This document shows, piece by piece, positions 54,960 to 58,695 of a stretch of 58,695 nt of DNA. This stretch comes from an uncultured virus (IMG/VR IMGVR_UViG_3300042863_002246) (Duplodnaviria; Heunggongvirae; Uroviricota; Caudoviricetes). The notes beneath the pieces are model-generated. The model did not search any database. It was not told the origin of the DNA and saw nothing but the letters and a program-made list of their open reading frames with translations. The stretch lies in IMG/VR virus record IMGVR_UViG_3300042863_002246; one strand, 5' to 3'. The position numbers and the translations under genes were made by a program. Positions within the stretch are counted from its first letter, which is position 1, and every line of letters begins with the position of its first letter.

Positions 54960-55391
54960 TTAAGCATATGTTTCTCCAAATACAAGAACGAATAAACCCT
55001 CTGCTGCCAATAGTGCGGTATTGTATTCCATCTGAATCTTCCATCCCGCAGGAATATTAAAGTAAGGAACTCCATTTGCATCTCTTTGTTTTTGAAAAAC
55101 TGATGCACCATAGACACTACCGAATGCGTCAACTGCGGCCACCGTTGTCGAGTTTCCCGAGTTCAGTGGTATGTTTAATGTGAAAATTTGATATGTCGCA
55201 CTACCATCATGTAAATGAAACTTCAGCGTCTGTGCACCGGCATCGGTTGAGGTTACTGATAATCCGTATATTCTTCTAGTGTATGTAGCATCCGAAGATA
55301 ATATGTCGTATTTCGTGTTGGCGGAAGTATTGACACTATAGGTACTACCCTGCATGAATCCCGCACTTGTGAATGTTAAGCTTGTTGCCAT
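54960..55391 (-). CDS. Paralogue of the ~140-aa beta-domain family
   Basis: RRIYGL...QKQRDANGVPYFNIPAGW...FGETY. Confidence 0.7.
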   Translation of the reverse strand: MATSLTFTSAGFMQGSTYSVNTSANTKYDILSSDATYTRRIYGLSVTSTDAGAQTLKFHLHDGSATYQIFTLNIPLNSGNSTTVAAVDAFGSVYGASVFQKQRDANGVPYFNIPAGWKIQMEYNTALLAAEGLFVLVFGETYA

Positions 55392-55438
55392 AATATAAAC
55401 TTTTTTGTTTGTTTATATATTTAAACATTGCTTCTTCT

Positions 55439-58400
55439 TTAGCAGTTATTAGACAGAAAAAGTAATACGGTTTGTGTTATCGCATCCGCGGATACATAGT
55501 TATTATTAGATCCTGAGAATGTTCCTGACATTTTCATTGATCCTGTTAGTCCAAGTTGATTTCCGTCAAAAGTCATGTTTGTTTCACCAACCAAACCAGT
55601 TGTTGTTCCGTCTGACGTTATTACTCTATTGTTTCCGTAGTTTGTTATTGTCGCACCACCGCCTCCGCCCCCGGTTTGATCAACCCATTGAGTGTTATAG
55701 TCGGTTGTATCTATTTTTGCCAATACCTGACCGCTTGTTCCGCCTGTTGGTATTCCAAAACCGGATGTTCCTGATGTTCCGTTTACACCCGAAGTTCCTG
55801 ATGTTCCGTTTACACCCGAAGTTCCTGATGTTCCGTTTACACCGCTTGTTCCTGATGTTCCATCAACACCCGAAGTTCCTGATGTTCCGTTTACACCGCT
55901 TGTTCCTGATGTTCCGTTTACACCGCTTGTTCCTGATGTTCCGTTTACACCGCTTGTTCCTGATGTTCCGTTTACACCCGAAGTTCCTGATGTTCCGTTT
56001 ACACCGCTTGTTCCTGATGTTCCATCAACACCCGAAGTTCCTGATGTTCCGTTTACACCCGAAGTTCCTGATGTTCCGTTTACACCGCTTGTTCCTGATG
56101 TTCCAGAAGTTCCATTTACACCCGAAGTTCCACTTGTTCCATCAACACCACTTGTTCCAGAAGTTCCATCAACTCCAGAAGTTCCGCTTGTTCCATCAAC
56201 ACCACTTGTTCCAGAAGTTCCACTTGTTCCATTTACACCACTTGTTCCAGAAGTTCCTGATGTTCCGTTTACACCGCTTGTTCCTGATGTTCCAGAAGTT
56301 CCATTTACACCCGAAGTTCCACTTGTTCCATCAACACCACTTGTTCCAGAAGTTCCATCAACTCCAGAAGTTCCGCTTGTTCCATCAACACCACTTGTTC
56401 CATTTACACCACTTGTTCCAGAAGTTCCCGTAGTTCCTGAAGTTCCTGATGTACCATCAACACCACTTGTTCCGTTTATAACACCAACCGATGTCATAAC
56501 ATAAGAGTAGTCATCTGTACCTTCAGTATGCCATTGTACAGTTCTTGAATTTGAATCCTTATTATCTAAATAGATATTCGCAATCATTCTATTGGTTGGG
56601 TCAATACCAGTTGTTGGTAGTGTAAGATCAACTAGTGTTTCTACTGTTGTGACTGAATCATTCCACCCAATATAGTTTTTCCCAGTAGATAAAGTTGGTC
56701 CAATAGGTGTTCCTGCACTATTTGCTAACCTAATTTGAACATATGCTTCTATATCATGTCCTGTCGCACCTTTTAAGAAGTGAAGGTGGAATCTTTGTAC
56801 ACCTGCTGGTATTATAGAAAATCCTAAAGGTTCCGTGATAAATGATTCAACTAAATGACCTGTTTCATTACCAGACATTGTCTCAATAGAGTATGTTCCA
56901 CCATTTGGAAGAGGTGTTGTTGAAAGGTCTCTATAACCATTCACAGAGGCAGTTGCTGATAGATTGAAATAATACATCTGACCTGCTGATATACCCTGTG
57001 GTCCTTGTGCACCAGAAGTTCCTGATGTTCCGGAAGTTCCAGAAGTTCCTGTAGTCCCTGATGTACCAGAAGTTCCCGATGTCCCAGAAGTTCCACTTGT
57101 TCCTGTTGTACCTGATGTTCCAGAAGTTCCTGATGTCCCAGAAGTTCCTGATGTCCCAGAAGTTCCTGAAGTCCCTGATGTTCCTGTTGTACCTGAAGTT
57201 CCAGAAGTCCCAGAAGTCCCTGATGTTCCTGATGTTCCATTTACTCCAGAAGTCCCTGAAGTTCCCGATGTCCCGGATGTTCCTCTTGTTCCTGAACTAC
57301 CCGATGAACCATTTACACCGTTTATTACGATTGTAAGTGCACAAATATCATTTAAAATTAAATCACTTTCAACTCCACTAGAGAAATCTAAACCAAATAA
57401 GTAATATCCTGAGACTAATGTAACATTTGTGAAAGGGAATACAGTAGCTCTTGCAATACTATTTGAATTATTAGTTATGTAAATATAACCACTTTTACCT
57501 ACTAATTGCGAAAAATATCCTCCGTTGTTAGTTCCAATTCTATCAGTTACATTTATTCTTAAATCAAAAATAACACCTTCACTTGCATATACTGTAAACT
57601 TTCCAGTAAGCGGTGCAAAACCATTCATATCACCAAGAGTATATTGTAATCCTCCTTTATCACCTTGCGAACCAGTTGTTCCAGACGTTCCACTAGTTCC
57701 GGTAGTTCCACTCGTTCCTGAAGTTCCTGACGTACCAGAAGTTCCGGTAGTTCCCGAAGTTCCAGAAGTCCCAGTAGTTCCTGAAGTCCCTGAAGTACCC
57801 GAAGTTCCAGAAGTCCCAGAAGTTCCTGATGTTCCATCAACTCCCGATGTTCCAGAAGTCCCTGACGTTCCATCAACTCCCGATGTCCCTGAAGTCCCTG
57901 ACGTTCCATCAACTCCCGATGTTCCAGAAGTCCCTGACGTTCCATCAACTCCCGATGTCCCAGAAGTCCCTGATGTTCCATCAACTCCCGATGTTCCAGA
58001 TGTTCCCAATGATGATAACCAAACATTACCGTCGAATCTATAGATACTATCGTCTGATGTATTATAGTATATCTGACCTTCATACGTTCCTGTTGGTTCT
58101 GTTGAAGAAGTATGTATTTTCGTACCATATCCATCAGAAACTATACCGTTGTTATCAATGAATATTGCATCCGGAAGATTTGTACCATTGTTTATGTTAA
58201 GATGTATATTGGCTGCCGCAACACTATAAGTAACATAGCTATTACCATCATAATCAAGTGCATCATTTGAAACACCAAAGCTTTCATTACCAACACCTAT
58301 AGCAAACTGACTACCCGTACCATAAACACGAAGAACATATTCTGCAGTAGGAGCCGTTCCATAAAAATTCACATTACCCGTAACATTAAGTGTATCACCA

Positions 58401-58695
58401 TCAACAAATGTAAAATTTGGTTCAGCAACCGCCCCGGTTGAAGTACCATCACTTGTTAATACTCTATGGTTTGCAGGATCTGCGACTGCGTTAAATCCGG
58501 TTCCTGAAGTTCCACTTGTTCCATCAACTCCTGAAGTTCCACTTGTTCCATCAACTCCTGAAGTTCCACTTGTTCCATCAACTCCTGAAGTTCCACTTGT
58601 TCCATCAACTCCTGAAGTTCCACTTGTTCCATCAACTCCTGAAGTTCCGCTTGTTCCATCAACTCCTGAAGTTCCGCTTGTTCCATCAACTCCTG
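55439..58695 (-). CDS. Collagen-like (Gly-Thr-Ser)n tail fibre protein; 5' end lies outside the window (>1085 aa)
   Basis: The frame of the 977-aa ORF stays open past 58372 to the window end (...[29 protein letters not shown]...). Four G-X-Y blocks are separated by globular domains. Confidence 0.85.
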   Translation of the reverse strand, partial: GVDGTSGTSGVDGTSGTSGVDGTSGTSGVDGTSGTSGVDGTSGTSGVDGTSGTSGVDGTSGTSGTGFNAVADPANHRVLTSDGTSTGAVAEPNFTFVDGDTLNVTGNVNFYGTAPTAEYVLRVYGTGSQFAIGVGNESFGVSNDALDYDGNSYVTYSVAAANIHLNINNGTNLPDAIFIDNNGIVSDGYGTKIHTSSTEPTGTYEGQIYYNTSDDSIYRFDGNVWLSSLGTSGTSGVDGTSGTSGTSGVDGTSGTSGTSGVDGTSGTSGTSGVDGTSGTSGTSGVDGTSGTSGTSGTSGTSGTSGTTGTSGTSGTTGTSGTSGTSGTSGTTGTSGTSGTTGSQGDKGGLQYTLGDMNGFAPLTGKFTVYASEGVIFDLRINVTDRIGTNNGGYFSQLVGKSGYIYITNNSNSIARATVFPFTNVTLVSGYYLFGLDFSSGVESDLILNDICALTIVINGVNGSSGSSGTRGTSGTSGTSGTSGVNGTSGTSGTSGTSGTSGTTGTSGTSGTSGTSGTSGTSGTSGTSGTTGTSGTSGTSGTSGTSGTTGTSGTSGTSGTSGAQGPQGISAGQMYYFNLSATASVNGYRDLSTTPLPNGGTYSIETMSGNETGHLVESFITEPLGFSIIPAGVQRFHLHFLKGATGHDIEAYVQIRLANSAGTPIGPTLSTGKNYIGWNDSVTTVETLVDLTLPTTGIDPTNRMIANIYLDNKDSNSRTVQWHTEGTDDYSYVMTSVGVINGTSGVDGTSGTSGTTGTSGTSGVNGTSGVDGTSGTSGVDGTSGTSGVDGTSGTSGVNGTSGTSGTSGVNGTSGTSGTSGVNGTSGTSGTSGVDGTSGTSGVDGTSGTSGVDGTSGTSGVNGTSGTSGTSGVNGTSGTSGVNGTSGTSGVDGTSGTSGVNGTSGTSGVNGTSGTSGVNGTSGTSGVNGTSGTSGVNGTSGTSGVDGTSGTSGVNGTSGTSGVNGTSGTSGVNGTSGTSGFGIPTGGTSGQVLAKIDTTDYNTQWVDQTGGGGGGATITNYGNNRVITSDGTTTGLVGETNMTFDGNQLGLTGSMKMSGTFSGSNNNYVSADAITQTVLLFLSNNC
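55762..56473 (-). repeat. 9/27/36-bp tandem repeats encoding GTSGTSGV[ND]
   Basis: Near-perfect repeated units such as GTTCCTGATGTTCCGTTTACACC. Confidence 0.92.
57011..57319 (-). repeat. (GTS/GTT)n repeat block
   Basis: Repeated [AT]GA[AT]GT[TC]CC 9-mers. Confidence 0.9.
57671..58007 (-). repeat. (GTS)n / GVD repeat block
   Basis: 36-bp units encoding [12 protein letters not shown]. Confidence 0.9.
58501..58695 (-). repeat. About 7 near-identical 27-bp repeats encoding GVDGTSGTS
   Basis: TCCTGAAGTTCC[AG]CTTGTTCCATCAAC repeated to the window end. Confidence 0.93.

Noticed and set aside
55519..58689. Alternative-frame ORFs with repeats (FLMFRLH, VPEVP, ELMEQ, EHQGLL)
   Set aside because: Shadow frames of the GTS-repeat fibre gene
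58501..58695. 27-bp direct repeats resembling a CRISPR array
   Set aside because: Head-to-tail with no unique spacers, in-frame coding, and no cas genes
1..58695. Stop-codon reassignment as seen in some jumbo and Bacteroidota phages
   Set aside because: Core genes are full length in code 11; TAA, TAG and TGA all end genes next to downstream starts or terminators

Overview
A 58.7-kb, AT-rich, densely coding segment of a large T4-like (jumbo-type) myovirus genome in the standard genetic code. The host is most likely Bacteroidota, based on TAnnTTTG promoters, A-rich leaders without Shine-Dalgarno sites, a DUF6576-like tail and a Q-rule signal peptide. It holds the core morphogenesis genes: tail tube, a very long tail sheath, gp26/gp51/gp25/gp15-like baseplate and tail genes, small and large terminase, gp2, gp4, portal, a fused prohead protease-scaffold, major capsid protein (MCP) and a GTS-repeat collagen-like fibre. 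It also holds gp47, gp44 and gp55 homologues and many auxiliary genes: tmRNA, RNase R, a stand-alone NFACT-R domain, ClpS, M28 peptidase, glutamine synthetase, class III adenylate cyclase, a nucleotidyltransferase, NADAR and a Dam-like methylase. Four patterns stand out. (1) A phage-encoded ribosome-rescue and proteostasis set built around an atypical one-piece tmRNA with a GGCAGTG T-loop and a 27-aa tag ending ELV. (2) Three degenerate paralogues of the phage's own head proteins (a truncated MCP, a catalytically dead prohead protease, and a 49-aa protease-fragment micro-ORF), all sharing an R-x-x-[KR]-[IL]-x-x-[ILV]-[LF] motif; these may be decoys or inhibitors. (3) A T4 capsid-targeting-like N-terminal peptide on about a dozen proteins, including enzymes, suggesting a packaged and injected cargo. 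(4) Three promoter classes, with apparently leaderless late mRNAs. All protein assignments come from motif recognition by eye; no database search was run.
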